Part shown: positions 7,301-16,615 of the stretch, piece by piece
Position numbering within the stretch: position 1 is the stretch's first letter
How the letters are laid out: each line of letters begins with the position of its first letter
Assembly: GCA_047602425.1 (NCBI GenBank)
Contig: JASGHG010000001.1
Coordinates: forward strand, 608,001 to 672,000
Direction of reading: 5' to 3'
Source: Nibricoccus sp.
GTDB taxonomy: Bacteria > Verrucomicrobiota > Verrucomicrobiia > Opitutales > Opitutaceae
Length of the DNA stretch: 64,000 nt
Translations under genes and position numbers: made by a program
Notes under the pieces: generated by a model
Told to the model about the DNA's origin: nothing
The model's input: the letters and a program-made list of their open reading frames with translations, nothing else
Databases searched by the model: none

Positions 7301-9781
7301 TTAGTTACTATCCGAGTCGTCGTCGTCATTTGGTCCGTCGTGATGGTCGTCATCGCAGCGGGCTTCTGGAATCCGTAGGACCGTGACGGAGTACGGTGCG
7401 GGCGTCAGAGTGAATGTGGATCCAGGCAACGTGAGCGTTGAGGTTTGCACGTCGGCCGAACCTGTGCCCGTGCGCGCGGCTTCGTCCTGCGGAATGCCGT
7501 AGGTGTAGGTTGTGGCCTGCGGGCCAACTTTGAAGCCGTCGACGGTGAGTGTGGTGTTCAGCGTCGCGGTCGGATGTTTGTTGATCACGAGGAGCCGCAA
7601 CGAACGGTCGCGATCGCGCACGGCATAGATGCCGAGCCGGTTGTAATCGCTATTCGCGGTCACCACGGTTTCGCCGCCGCGGGCGAAGTGTTGCAGGAGC
7701 TTGTAAACGTAGAACGTCGGATAGCGATCGGCCGGGCCGGCGGGATTCGCGGCGTTGACGATGCCGTAATCGCCGTATTTGCGCCAGCCATACAAGAACG
7801 GACTGTTGTTGTTGCCGCCTTCCTGGCCGTTGCGCAGGTCCCACCAGAAAAACGCATTGAACTCCGTCTTGAGGATATTGCCCATACTATCGGCCAGGAA
7901 CAAACCGTTGACCAGGCTCGTGGTCTGTTTTCCGGGATTGCTGTAGACCGAATTGTTTTCGGTGCAGGTAATTTCAACGCGACGCGCCTCGTGACCGAGG
8001 TAATCGTTCAACATCTGGCGGATTTTCGCCGCGTCGTTTGCCCAGCTCTTGGATGAATTTAAAAGGTAGAGATCGCTTTCGCCGCCGGGCGCCTGTTCGT
8101 AGCGATGGTAGACCACGAAGTCGGGCACGAAACCAAGTTTCTTAAAAGTCGCGAGCATGACTGCGCTCCAGCCGTTGTGAGTAAGACCGGTGCGAGGATT
8201 GGTCACAGTTTGATCGGTGTAATTCGCGTCGCTGTCCTCGTCGGCCACTATCACCGCGCCGATTTTAATACGATGATCGGCGGCCTTCATCTGGCGGGCG
8301 TATTCCTTGAATCGCGTGACGTAAGTCACGGGATCATGCGGGCGGTTGTTGTTGTCCGCCTCCCAAGTGCCGTAGTTCTCGTTACCAACTTCCCAGTATT
8401 TAAAATCATAGTGCTTGGTTCGGTTCGAATACCGAACCCACTCCGCCGCTTCTTCGGGCGTGCCGGTGCCATAGTTCACGGTGACGAAGACCTGCGCCTT
8501 GGTCGTCAGCGCGATGTTGGCAAAAGCGTCAAAGCTCGTCGCCCACTGAAAAGTCTGCCCTTCGCTCATGTTCGTTTTCCAATGGTAAACATCGGCTAGC
8601 GATCCGCCGGGGAAACGCAGCGCCTGATTGTCGACTTCGTTGAGCAGTTCGGCGGTGGTGGCGGTGTTGAAAACGCCGTCCCAAACCGCGGTATTCAGAC
8701 CGAACATACGCGGATCGACCTGACGGATGCGCGCGCGGGCATCGACCGAAACGCTGACCGCTGACGGCGGTGGCGCGAGGTCGAGTCGCACATCGTCGAC
8801 ATAGAATGTCGGCGCACTCACACCGGCGATTTCCTGAAACCAGATATCGGTGAGATCGGATTTATTGGCGACGCCGAGGTCGGCCAGCGGGATGGAAATC
8901 TTCTGCCAGGAATTTGGCTCCAACGGGCCAAGCGTCACAGGTGTCTGCGCAACGCCGGAAAGCAGCGCCGAGAGCCGCAGCAGCTGGCCGCCAGAACCGC
9001 CGCCGTTGATCCAAAAAGTGAGCGTGGTAAAATCGTTTGTTTCCAGCGCCGCGTGATGAAACGACAAGGCCGAATAAGGCGAGGCCGTGACCGCAATCGA
9101 ACTCGTACCGGAATTCACGGGTGTAGCGTTGCCAACATTAACCGTTGCCCAGCTCCAATTTTGCCAGCCGTTGACATAGGCATCCTGGTACAACGCCATG
9201 CCCACGAGCGGCGGCGGTGGCAGGGTCGGCACGCTGCCCGTGATGACAATGTCATCGACATAAAAAGTCGGCTGCGACGCCCCGCTGCCTTCCTGAATCC
9301 AAAAGCCGGTGAAGTTCGCCTGATTGTCGGCTCCGAAAGACGCGAGCGGGAGTGTGATTTGCTGCCACGTGTTGGCGGCGATCGGTCCGATGGTGGCGCC
9401 GGGTTGTCCGGCGTCGTTGAGTGTGGACGACACGATCAGGCGTGGAACGCCAGCCGTGCCGCCATTGATCCAAAAAGTCAGGTTGCCGTAACCGGTGGTG
9501 TTAAAAGGATCGTGACGCAGGCTCAACGCAGACCAAGGTCCCGCCGTGACGGCAATCGAGGTCGATCCTAAATGCACGGCGGCCGTGCTGGCGGTGTCCA
9601 CCGTTGCCCAGCTCCAATTCTGCCAGCCGCTTCCGAGAGTGTCGTCGTAGACCGTGAGGTCAGTCTGTGCACGCGCGGAAAATCCAGCGCCGAGCACAAG
9701 GAGAAACAAAACGAACCAGGCCATGGAAACTCCACGCCGCGAGGCCGCTGATGCAGCCGATCGATTGAACATATCTTTCAT
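7301..9781 (-). CDS. Secreted clan-A glycoside hydrolase (GH44/GH51 arabinofuranosidase-like) with two tandem N-terminal CBM-like domains
   Basis: Signal peptide; two GWQNWSWA..FWING..FYVDD repeats; catalytic domain with LRFPGGS, WEVGNE and ITCTEN. Confidence 0.8.
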   Translation of the reverse strand: MKDMFNRSAASAASRRGVSMAWFVLFLLVLGAGFSARAQTDLTVYDDTLGSGWQNWSWATVDTASTAAVHLGSTSIAVTAGPWSALSLRHDPFNTTGYGNLTFWINGGTAGVPRLIVSSTLNDAGQPGATIGPIAANTWQQITLPLASFGADNQANFTGFWIQEGSGASQPTFYVDDIVITGSVPTLPPPPLVGMALYQDAYVNGWQNWSWATVNVGNATPVNSGTSSIAVTASPYSALSFHHAALETNDFTTLTFWINGGGSGGQLLRLSALLSGVAQTPVTLGPLEPNSWQKISIPLADLGVANKSDLTDIWFQEIAGVSAPTFYVDDVRLDLAPPPSAVSVSVDARARIRQVDPRMFGLNTAVWDGVFNTATTAELLNEVDNQALRFPGGSLADVYHWKTNMSEGQTFQWATSFDAFANIALTTKAQVFVTVNYGTGTPEEAAEWVRYSNRTKHYDFKYWEVGNENYGTWEADNNNRPHDPVTYVTRFKEYARQMKAADHRIKIGAVIVADEDSDANYTDQTVTNPRTGLTHNGWSAVMLATFKKLGFVPDFVVYHRYEQAPGGESDLYLLNSSKSWANDAAKIRQMLNDYLGHEARRVEITCTENNSVYSNPGKQTTSLVNGLFLADSMGNILKTEFNAFFWWDLRNGQEGGNNNSPFLYGWRKYGDYGIVNAANPAGPADRYPTFYVYKLLQHFARGGETVVTANSDYNRLGIYAVRDRDRSLRLLVINKHPTATLNTTLTVDGFKVGPQATTYTYGIPQDEAARTGTGSADVQTSTLTLPGSTFTLTPAPYSVTVLRIPEARCDDDHHDGPNDDDDSDSN

Positions 9782-10042
9782 GGGGGTATTTGAGTTTGAT
9801 GTGGGTCTTGGACGACGCTGGAAGATCAAACCAAGGGGTATGGTTGCGGCTCGTGGCTGGGTCCCATGTCAGCACGAGATGCAAAGCGGCAAAAATGTGC
9901 CACAAGTCGCGGGTGAAGGATAGCTTCTCCGGTTGTTTGCCGATTGAGACGCTTTGCCTCACGAACGCCGACACAAACATGGAGCGTAACACAGTAACGC
10001 GACTCCTCTGCCGCCACTGCTTCCGCGCTTCAGACAAAAGTA

Positions 10043-10068
10043 CGCCCCGGCTTTTGAGGGCCGGGGCG
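10043..10068 (-). terminator. Rho-independent terminator
   Basis: cgccccggc/gccggggcg stem followed on the minus strand by TACTTTT. Confidence 0.7.
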
Positions 10069-10096
10069 ACGGAAGATCGGTTCGTTTTATGGAACG

Positions 10097-11629
10097 TTAT
10101 TCGGCGACTTCAACCGTGACGTTTTTGCGCAGGCCATCGACTGTGATCACCAGATCGAGGTGCTCGCCTTTGGCGAGGTCTTTCACGAGGCCGGTTTTAG
10201 CGGTTGGAGTCGGTTTTGGCGTGACAGGTGCCGGCACGGCCGCCGGGGTGGACTTGATTTCCACAGGCTTGGGCGCTTCGGCGGCGGGAGCGGGCTTCTT
10301 GTGCAGCGCGGCAAACTCGACCGGGAACATGGCGTGGAGCACGCAGGCTTCGTCGTCGGTCGGCAGGCCTTTGGCGGCAAGTTCGGCGCGGAGCGTGTCC
10401 ATGCGAGGCTTGAGGTTGTCGGCGGGGCGGCACTCCAGCGGCTTCTGGCCGGTCTTGTCCATCGCGAGCTTGAGCACCTCGGAATCGATCGGACCGGGCG
10501 TGCGGCCATATTTGCCGAGCGCAATGTCCATCGCGGGCTGGGAGAAATTTTTCCAACGGCCAAACTTCACGTTGAGCATGGCCTGCGTGCCGACGATTTG
10601 CGAAGTGGGCGTGACAAGCGGGATCCAGCCCAGACATTTGCGGATGTAGGGAATTTCGAGGAGAACCTGCTCAAACTTGTCGGACATGCCTTGTTCCTTG
10701 AGCTGGTTTCGGAAATTCGAAAGCATGCCGCCGGGCACTTGGTAACAAAGCGTGTCGCTATCGACAACCTCGTTGGCGTGCGAGGTGAACTTCGAAAGTT
10801 GGGCATAGACGTCGGTAAAGTAAACGCGCAGCTCCTGGAGTTTCCTCGCGTCGAACTGCGGGCAGCGGGTATGGCCTTCGAGCAGGGCAATCATGCGAAC
10901 GGTGTCCGGCTGCGAAGTGCCGTTGGCGAATGGCACGATGGAAGTTTCGACGGCATCGATGCCGGCTTCGATCGCGGCGTAGTAGGACGTGGCGGCCAGA
11001 CCGGCGGTGTCGTGGCTGTGCAGCGTGAGCGGCACGCCGACGCGGCGTTTGATTTCCTTAACCATCTGATAGGCGACCTGAGGGGCAATGACGCCGGACA
11101 TGTCCTTGATCGCGACGGAATCGCAGCCTTCTTTTTCAAGGGCAACGGCCATCTCGACAAAGGCTTCAACCGTATGGACGGGGCTGGTGGTGTAGCAGAG
11201 TTCGCCGCGGGCGTGCTTGCCGGATTTCTTCACGGCCTTGATCGCGGTCTTGAGGTTGCGGATGTCGTTGCAGGCGTCGAAAATTCGCATGACGTCCATA
11301 CCGGCCTTCGCCATGGCGGAGCAAAAAGCTTCAACGACGTCGTCGGGGAAGCTGGTGTATTGAACGATGTTTTGGCCGCGGAGGAGCATGATGTGCGGCG
11401 TTTGCGGTGCGGCTTTTTTGAGCGTGCGCAGGCGGTCGAACGGATTTTCACCGAGGAAGCGCAGGCAGGAGTCGATCGTGGCTCCGCCCCAAGTTTCGAG
11501 ACCGCCAAAGCCCATGCCGTCGAGGATCGGAGCGGCAGGAAGCATTTGGGCGGTAGTCATGCGGGTGGCAGCGAGGGACTGATGGCCGTCGCGCAGCACC
11601 GTATTGTTAAAAACGACAGGTTTAGACAT
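10097..11629 (-). CDS. Pyruvate/oxaloacetate carboxyltransferase (transcarboxylase 5S / OadA-like), no biotinyl domain
   Basis: LRDGHQSLAATRM, WGGATID, MLLRGQN, IKDMSG, HSHDT, QVPGGMLSN and LVTPTSQIVG present; no MKM biotinylation site. Confidence 0.92.
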   Translation of the reverse strand: MSKPVVFNNTVLRDGHQSLAATRMTTAQMLPAAPILDGMGFGGLETWGGATIDSCLRFLGENPFDRLRTLKKAAPQTPHIMLLRGQNIVQYTSFPDDVVEAFCSAMAKAGMDVMRIFDACNDIRNLKTAIKAVKKSGKHARGELCYTTSPVHTVEAFVEMAVALEKEGCDSVAIKDMSGVIAPQVAYQMVKEIKRRVGVPLTLHSHDTAGLAATSYYAAIEAGIDAVETSIVPFANGTSQPDTVRMIALLEGHTRCPQFDARKLQELRVYFTDVYAQLSKFTSHANEVVDSDTLCYQVPGGMLSNFRNQLKEQGMSDKFEQVLLEIPYIRKCLGWIPLVTPTSQIVGTQAMLNVKFGRWKNFSQPAMDIALGKYGRTPGPIDSEVLKLAMDKTGQKPLECRPADNLKPRMDTLRAELAAKGLPTDDEACVLHAMFPVEFAALHKKPAPAAEAPKPVEIKSTPAAVPAPVTPKPTPTAKTGLVKDLAKGEHLDLVITVDGLRKNVTVEVAE

Positions 11630-11644
11630 TGGGATGGTCAAAAA

Positions 11645-14551
11645 TCAGGGTGCCATTGTATCCAAGGCCTCGGAAAGAGGCTGAGCATTTGTTGCCTTTT
11701 GATCAGCAGGCATGGGCGTTTCTTGGTAAGCGCCCCGACGCACCTCGCGTTCGGGTAAGTCAGAGGTATCACGGGGTTTTTGAGGGTCAACCACGGGTTT
11801 GGGCGGAGGAGGCGGTACCGGCGGCGGCGGACCGGCGTAAAAAACCTTCAGCTTCTCAATTTCGAACCAGCTCTTCTCCGCGGGGCGTTCGCGAGGCAGC
11901 AGGACCTGACGTTCCAACACGCGCCGGTTGCGACCGTCGTAAAGCATGATCCCCGAACCATCCTTTCCGCCCACGGGCACGGCGATGAGCGCATCGACCG
12001 TGCTTTGCTGATAGGGCAACAGCAGGCGCTGGCCGTCAATCAACGCGCGGGCAACGTCGTCGGGCGTCGCCGGTTTCACATCCATCAACGGCACGGAGGG
12101 GGCCGCCGCCGGGCGCGCCACGCTCCAACGAGCGCGCGGGCTGACGGGACTGTCGTAGAAAACATCCTCAAGGGTGCGCTCTTCGCCGGGCGCGGCAGGC
12201 GTCAGGGATTTTTCAATGGCCCGCAAGACTGCGGTCTGCGGATCGACGGGCGCGATCTCGGATTTTGCCGTGAACGCTTGCTGAATCCGACCGCCCACCG
12301 GCACCAGCAGGACAAGCAGCCAGACAAACACCGCGCAAAACCAGGCCGGCAGCGCCAAGCCAGCCGCGGGCAGAGGTGCCGGAGCAGGCTTGAGCGCAAG
12401 GCCGGCGGCTTCGTGGTAGATGGCAGAAAGTTCGTTAATGAGATCTCGCTGAGAAACGGGTTTGCCCGCGCCGGCGAGCAACGTGGCCGCCTCATTTTGT
12501 CCGCGCAAAAGAGGCGTGTTGAAACGCCAGGGCGCGGCGGCGGGCGCGTGCCGGCGAACCAGGAGCGTGAGCCATTTCCCCGCGGTAAAACGCAGCGCGA
12601 CAAAAACCACCACGGCGCCTGCGAGCCAGAGCGGAAGCTGTGCCCATTGCCTGAGCGCGGCGGCCGCGAGGCCCAAAAGCAGCCAGCCGCCCAAAAGGTA
12701 TTTCCAAGGTCCAAAAAGCACATAACCACAACGCATCGCCTGAGCCAAACGCAGCCAGAAGAGCGCCTGCGAAAGTTTTTCCGCGCGCTGCCGCAACTCC
12801 TCGTAGCGTTCTTTTCGATAATTCTCGTGGGTGATGTAGCCGTAACGTTCCGGTTGGGCGGCGGTCGAAGCGAGCAGCACGAGTTCCGCATTGGTCAATC
12901 GCGGCTGGGTCAGCAGATGCTGGATGTGTTTTTCCCGACTGCAGGCAAAGCGCTCCTGCAAACTCTTGCGCACATCGAAGAGCTTGCGCTCCCCTTCCAT
13001 CGCGAGCAGCAGAAGCCGGGCGTAATCGGCCGGATTGGAAAGATCGAGCCAGCCCTGGCTGATCGCCACCGAAATAGCCTCCCCGCTGACCGTGGCGCCG
13101 AGCGTCGAAAGCAAACGCGCCGCATCCGGGTCGGCCTGCTCGATCAGCTTAATATAGGGCTTTGCCGTAAGTGCCTTGACCATGGCCACGCCGCTCGCGA
13201 CGCCACCGCGCGCAAAAAGGCCCTTCACACACGCCGCGTCGACGCGTTGGCCAAAAAGCGTGAGCTTCGCGTCCTCACCGCCGAGCAACAACCACGCCGC
13301 AGCGGCAATCACCGACTCGCGTGCATCCGTCGGCAGATCCTTCCAACTCGGGATCTGCATGAACTTGTGCAGTTCCTCGATCTTGTCCCGCACCTGCCGG
13401 TACTCGGGACGGTCACCGACGAAATAGACCAGTGTGGTGGCGTCGTCGGTCGCGAAAAGATTTTTCACGCCATCCGCCCATTCGGCGTCGTGCGTGAAAA
13501 ATTCCGCCGCCTCCGCGACGGTGAACATGCGATCCTTCCAGCCAAAAAGCTGTTCGTTGCGCGCCAATTGATAGCGATCCTTGACCGGCTGCTGCTTGAG
13601 CCAGCGCTGGATTTCATCCGTGCCCCACCGGCCGTCGCGCGAACTCGTAAGCAACCCGCGCAACAAATCCGTCAACCGCTGGCTCATCGGCGGCATCAAT
13701 TCCACCGCGCCCGCGCGTGGCGCCTTCGGATCGCGTTCCAACAACAGCGCCTCGGCCCGCGTCCGCACTTCAGGCGACTCCAGCGAGATGTCGCGGTTCA
13801 TGACCAAGCCCAGGACATGGCGGCCCAGGGTCACTTCCTGCAAAATGCGTCCGAGCGACCACCAATCCCACGCGCGCAAGCCTGCCCCTGGCGAATGTTT
13901 CGACAAACCCGCGGCCTCCGGCGGCGCGTAAAGGGGGTCGACAGGCATGGGAATCAGGCCCGGTTGATTGTACAGCGTGACAAACTCCAACCCTCCCACA
14001 ATGATCTGCGCCACGCTGCCCTCGGCCGGAAGATAAATTGTCTCTGGTCGAAGGTTCAGGTGAACCAGTCCGCGATCGTGCATCGCGATGAGGGCATCTC
14101 CCACCTGACGAACGATGTGCTCGATATCCTCGATCGTGGCTTTGCGGCAGGCCGCCCATTCATGCAAAGTCGTGGCCGGCAGCGGCGGCGTGATTTCAAA
14201 ACGAAAACCGTCTTCTTCGACCGCTTCGATTCCCCGCAACACACCGGCCCGGCTCATCGAATGCAGTTCCTGCCAAGCCTGCGTCCGGACCGCGCTGTCA
14301 TCGCCGCACGGCATGATGCGGATCTGCACGTCCTCCAACATGCCGACATTCACGGCGTGATATAACCAACCGATTTCCGTATCGATTTGATCGCCGATCT
14401 GGTAATTGCGCCAGCGCTGCCCCGCCGTCACTGGCGAACGCAAAGGCCTTATCGCCGCCGACGGCTCCGCCCCGGGAGACGTTACTTGTTCAGGCAACGC
14501 CTCTTGCGGCGGCAATGCAGCCGTTTCCGGCGAATCGGGCACGTCGGGCAT
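11645..14551 (-). CDS. Membrane-anchored Ser/Thr kinase-fold protein with degenerate catalytic motifs
   Basis: HLNLRPETI, YAPPE and DWWSLG; hydrophobic segments in the C-terminal half; Pro-rich tail. Confidence 0.75.
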   Translation of the reverse strand: MPDVPDSPETAALPPQEALPEQVTSPGAEPSAAIRPLRSPVTAGQRWRNYQIGDQIDTEIGWLYHAVNVGMLEDVQIRIMPCGDDSAVRTQAWQELHSMSRAGVLRGIEAVEEDGFRFEITPPLPATTLHEWAACRKATIEDIEHIVRQVGDALIAMHDRGLVHLNLRPETIYLPAEGSVAQIIVGGLEFVTLYNQPGLIPMPVDPLYAPPEAAGLSKHSPGAGLRAWDWWSLGRILQEVTLGRHVLGLVMNRDISLESPEVRTRAEALLLERDPKAPRAGAVELMPPMSQRLTDLLRGLLTSSRDGRWGTDEIQRWLKQQPVKDRYQLARNEQLFGWKDRMFTVAEAAEFFTHDAEWADGVKNLFATDDATTLVYFVGDRPEYRQVRDKIEELHKFMQIPSWKDLPTDARESVIAAAAWLLLGGEDAKLTLFGQRVDAACVKGLFARGGVASGVAMVKALTAKPYIKLIEQADPDAARLLSTLGATVSGEAISVAISQGWLDLSNPADYARLLLLAMEGERKLFDVRKSLQERFACSREKHIQHLLTQPRLTNAELVLLASTAAQPERYGYITHENYRKERYEELRQRAEKLSQALFWLRLAQAMRCGYVLFGPWKYLLGGWLLLGLAAAALRQWAQLPLWLAGAVVVFVALRFTAGKWLTLLVRRHAPAAAPWRFNTPLLRGQNEAATLLAGAGKPVSQRDLINELSAIYHEAAGLALKPAPAPLPAAGLALPAWFCAVFVWLLVLLVPVGGRIQQAFTAKSEIAPVDPQTAVLRAIEKSLTPAAPGEERTLEDVFYDSPVSPRARWSVARPAAAPSVPLMDVKPATPDDVARALIDGQRLLLPYQQSTVDALIAVPVGGKDGSGIMLYDGRNRRVLERQVLLPRERPAEKSWFEIEKLKVFYAGPPPPVPPPPPKPVVDPQKPRDTSDLPEREVRRGAYQETPMPADQKATNAQPLSEALDTMAP

Positions 14552-14710
14552 GTTGATGATGTTTCAACACTTATAACGGCTCCGTTCCGATGGGATTTAG
14601 CCGGAAGAATGGGCGGGCGACCCTTGGTCAATCGCCCAATATCGCGGGTCGAAAGCCGAGTTGAAATAGCTCCCGGCACCCGACACTCGTGACTCGTTTG
14701 AACCACCAGC

Positions 14711-16066
14711 TCAGCTCTGCGCTTCGATGAATCTGCGGACCGCTTCGACGGTTGCGGGGATGCGGTGTTTGTCGAGTCGCTTGGATTTCAACGCCTCCAA
14801 CGCCGGATGCGTGGCTTCGCGGCCGATGGCCAGTTTAATCACATCGGGAAATTTTGCGGGATGCGCGGTCGACAAAACGACGCTGGTGCGGCCAGGCGCG
14901 AGGTCCTTGAAACCGCAGGCAGTGTGCGGATCGACGACGTATCCATATTTCGAATGCACGTCGCGGATGATCTGCGCGATCTCGGCGTCAGTTGTGCGCG
15001 ACGCCGTGAAGCTGTCGCGGTTGAAATTCGGAAAAGTATAGCGGCCGGTTTTTTTGAACTCCGCCATGATGGCGCGAACGCGGGCGGGATCGCGGTTTTC
15101 GGCGAAATAAATAAACCGTTCGAAATTGGACGCGACCTGAATGTCCATCGACGGGGCGTGGCTGGGATGCACATCCGCCACGGAATAATCGCCAGTCGTG
15201 AAAAGACGGTAGAGAATGTCGTTCTGGTTCGTGGCGACGCGGAAGCTTCCGATCGGCAGGCCCATTTTTTGCACCAGCCAGCCGGCGAGGACGTTGCCGA
15301 AATTACCGGTAGGGACAACAAATTCCACTTTTTCCCGCGCTTCTGGCGGCAACCGCAACCAAGCGTAGAGATAGTACACGCATTGCGCGAGCACGCGGGC
15401 CAGGTTGATGGAGTTGACCGCGCTCAGCCGGTGGCGGGCGCGAAAATCCTGGTCCTCGAAAATAGTTTTGAGGGCGGCTTGCGCGTCATCGAACGTACCC
15501 TCGACCGCGAGGGCGAAAACGTTGTCGGCACCGGTGCAAGCCATCTGGCGTTCCTGCAGCGGCGAGACGCGGCCGTCGGGATAGAGGATGAAAATTTTCG
15601 CGCGTGCGCGGTCGAGCAGGCCGTGGATGGCGGCCGCGCCGGTGTCGCCCGAGGTGGCGCCGAGCACGGTGAGCGACTCGCTGCGGAGCTCGCACTGGTG
15701 CTCGTAGAGGTTGCCAAGGAGTTGGAGAGCGAAGTCCTTGAAGGCGAGCGTGGGACCGTGGAAGAGCTCGAGGACCCAAGTGTGTTTGTCGAGCTGCTTG
15801 AGCGGCGCGATATCGGGGTGATCGAAGCGGGTGTAGGATTTTGCAACGATGGCGCGTAGTTTTTCGGCCGGGATATCGGTCGCGAAAATTTTCAGAAATT
15901 CGAAGCAAAGTTCCGGGTAACTGAGCTTGGCCCAGGAAGTGAGCTTGCCCGAAATATCAGGCAGGCGCTCCGGCAAAAACAAACCACCGTCAGGAGCGAG
16001 CCCGGTGGCCACGGCATCGGAAAAACTGAGCGCTGGGGTTTGTCCGCGGGTGGAAATGAATTTCAT
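14711..16066 (-). CDS. thrC: Threonine synthase
   Basis: MKFISTRG, GLAPDGGLF, ELFHGPTLAFKD, ATSGDTG, NSINLAR and VPTGNFGN. Confidence 0.97.
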   Translation of the reverse strand: MKFISTRGQTPALSFSDAVATGLAPDGGLFLPERLPDISGKLTSWAKLSYPELCFEFLKIFATDIPAEKLRAIVAKSYTRFDHPDIAPLKQLDKHTWVLELFHGPTLAFKDFALQLLGNLYEHQCELRSESLTVLGATSGDTGAAAIHGLLDRARAKIFILYPDGRVSPLQERQMACTGADNVFALAVEGTFDDAQAALKTIFEDQDFRARHRLSAVNSINLARVLAQCVYYLYAWLRLPPEAREKVEFVVPTGNFGNVLAGWLVQKMGLPIGSFRVATNQNDILYRLFTTGDYSVADVHPSHAPSMDIQVASNFERFIYFAENRDPARVRAIMAEFKKTGRYTFPNFNRDSFTASRTTDAEIAQIIRDVHSKYGYVVDPHTACGFKDLAPGRTSVVLSTAHPAKFPDVIKLAIGREATHPALEALKSKRLDKHRIPATVEAVRRFIEAQS

Positions 16067-16075
16067 GGTATGAAA

Positions 16076-16119
16076 AGATGCCAGAAGCCAGAGGCCGGGG
16101 GCCAGAAAGCGGAGGCAGT
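16076..16119. repeat. Heptamer array on the downstream side of the four-helix-bundle gene
   Basis: ccagaag/ccagagg/ccggggg/ccagaaa/gcggagg. Confidence 0.75.
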
Positions 16120-16140
16120 ATCAAAATAAAGAGTCAGATA

Positions 16141-16602
16141 TCAATCCCGAGAACGGGCGTCACGCAGCAAGAAAGGTTCTGGTTTACTCATAATGCTGCC
16201 GAGCATACGCCCAACCTCGCGCATGTGCGCGTGAACAGCGTCGAAATCCGTTGACGCCAGATAGCCGTGATCTCTCGCGAACATCAGCCAGTTTTCGGTC
16301 TCCAGAAGCTCAGTGTCGCTATCGGAAAGTTTGCTGACAAAGTGCGCTTCGTACCGGCGCTTACCCCAAGCTTCCGCAATGTTAGCGCTTATAGAGCGTG
16401 AAGAGCGCCGGACTTGATCGGTCAGCGCATATTTTTCTTCACGCGGCCAATCCTTGGAAAGCGTGAAGACATGGCGGCCAAGATCAAAGGCCTTCTTCCA
16501 AACGTGAAGGTCGGTAAAATGTCGGATCGGCGCCGAAGTTTTATTTCCGGCATCCGATTTCTGACTTCCGACCTCCGGAATCTGGCCTCTGACTTCCGGC
16601 AT
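16141..16602 (-). CDS. Four helix bundle protein (23S rRNA IVP / Avd-like family)
   Basis: FTDLHVWKKA..WPREEKYALTDQVRRSSRSISANIAEAW..F..L..S..ELLETENWL..ARDHGYL. Confidence 0.92.
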   Translation of the reverse strand: MPEVRGQIPEVGSQKSDAGNKTSAPIRHFTDLHVWKKAFDLGRHVFTLSKDWPREEKYALTDQVRRSSRSISANIAEAWGKRRYEAHFVSKLSDSDTELLETENWLMFARDHGYLASTDFDAVHAHMREVGRMLGSIMSKPEPFLLRDARSRD

Positions 16603-16607
16603 CTGGC
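16545..16607. repeat. Heptamer array on the upstream side of the four-helix-bundle gene, inverted relative to 16076-16119
   Basis: ttccggc/atccgat/ttctgac/ttccgac/ctccgga/atctggc/ctctgac/ttccggc/atctggc (9 units). Confidence 0.85.
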
Positions 16608-16615
16608 CTCTTGTT

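Noticed and set aside
9889..9902. Minus-strand TGGCAC-ATTT-TTGC as a sigma-54 promoter for the glycoside hydrolase
   Set aside because: GG-to-GC spacing is 9 nt rather than the required 10.
11780..14365. 861-aa plus-strand ORF and similar long antisense ORFs (10160-11758, 27638-28900, 33541-35025, 50783-52312, 52604-53890)
   Set aside because: They shadow well-supported genes on the opposite strand, have no motifs, and are expected from GC-rich codon bias.
16141..16602. Diversity-generating retroelement suggested by the Avd-like gene
   Set aside because: No reverse transcriptase and no template/variable repeat pair seen in the window.
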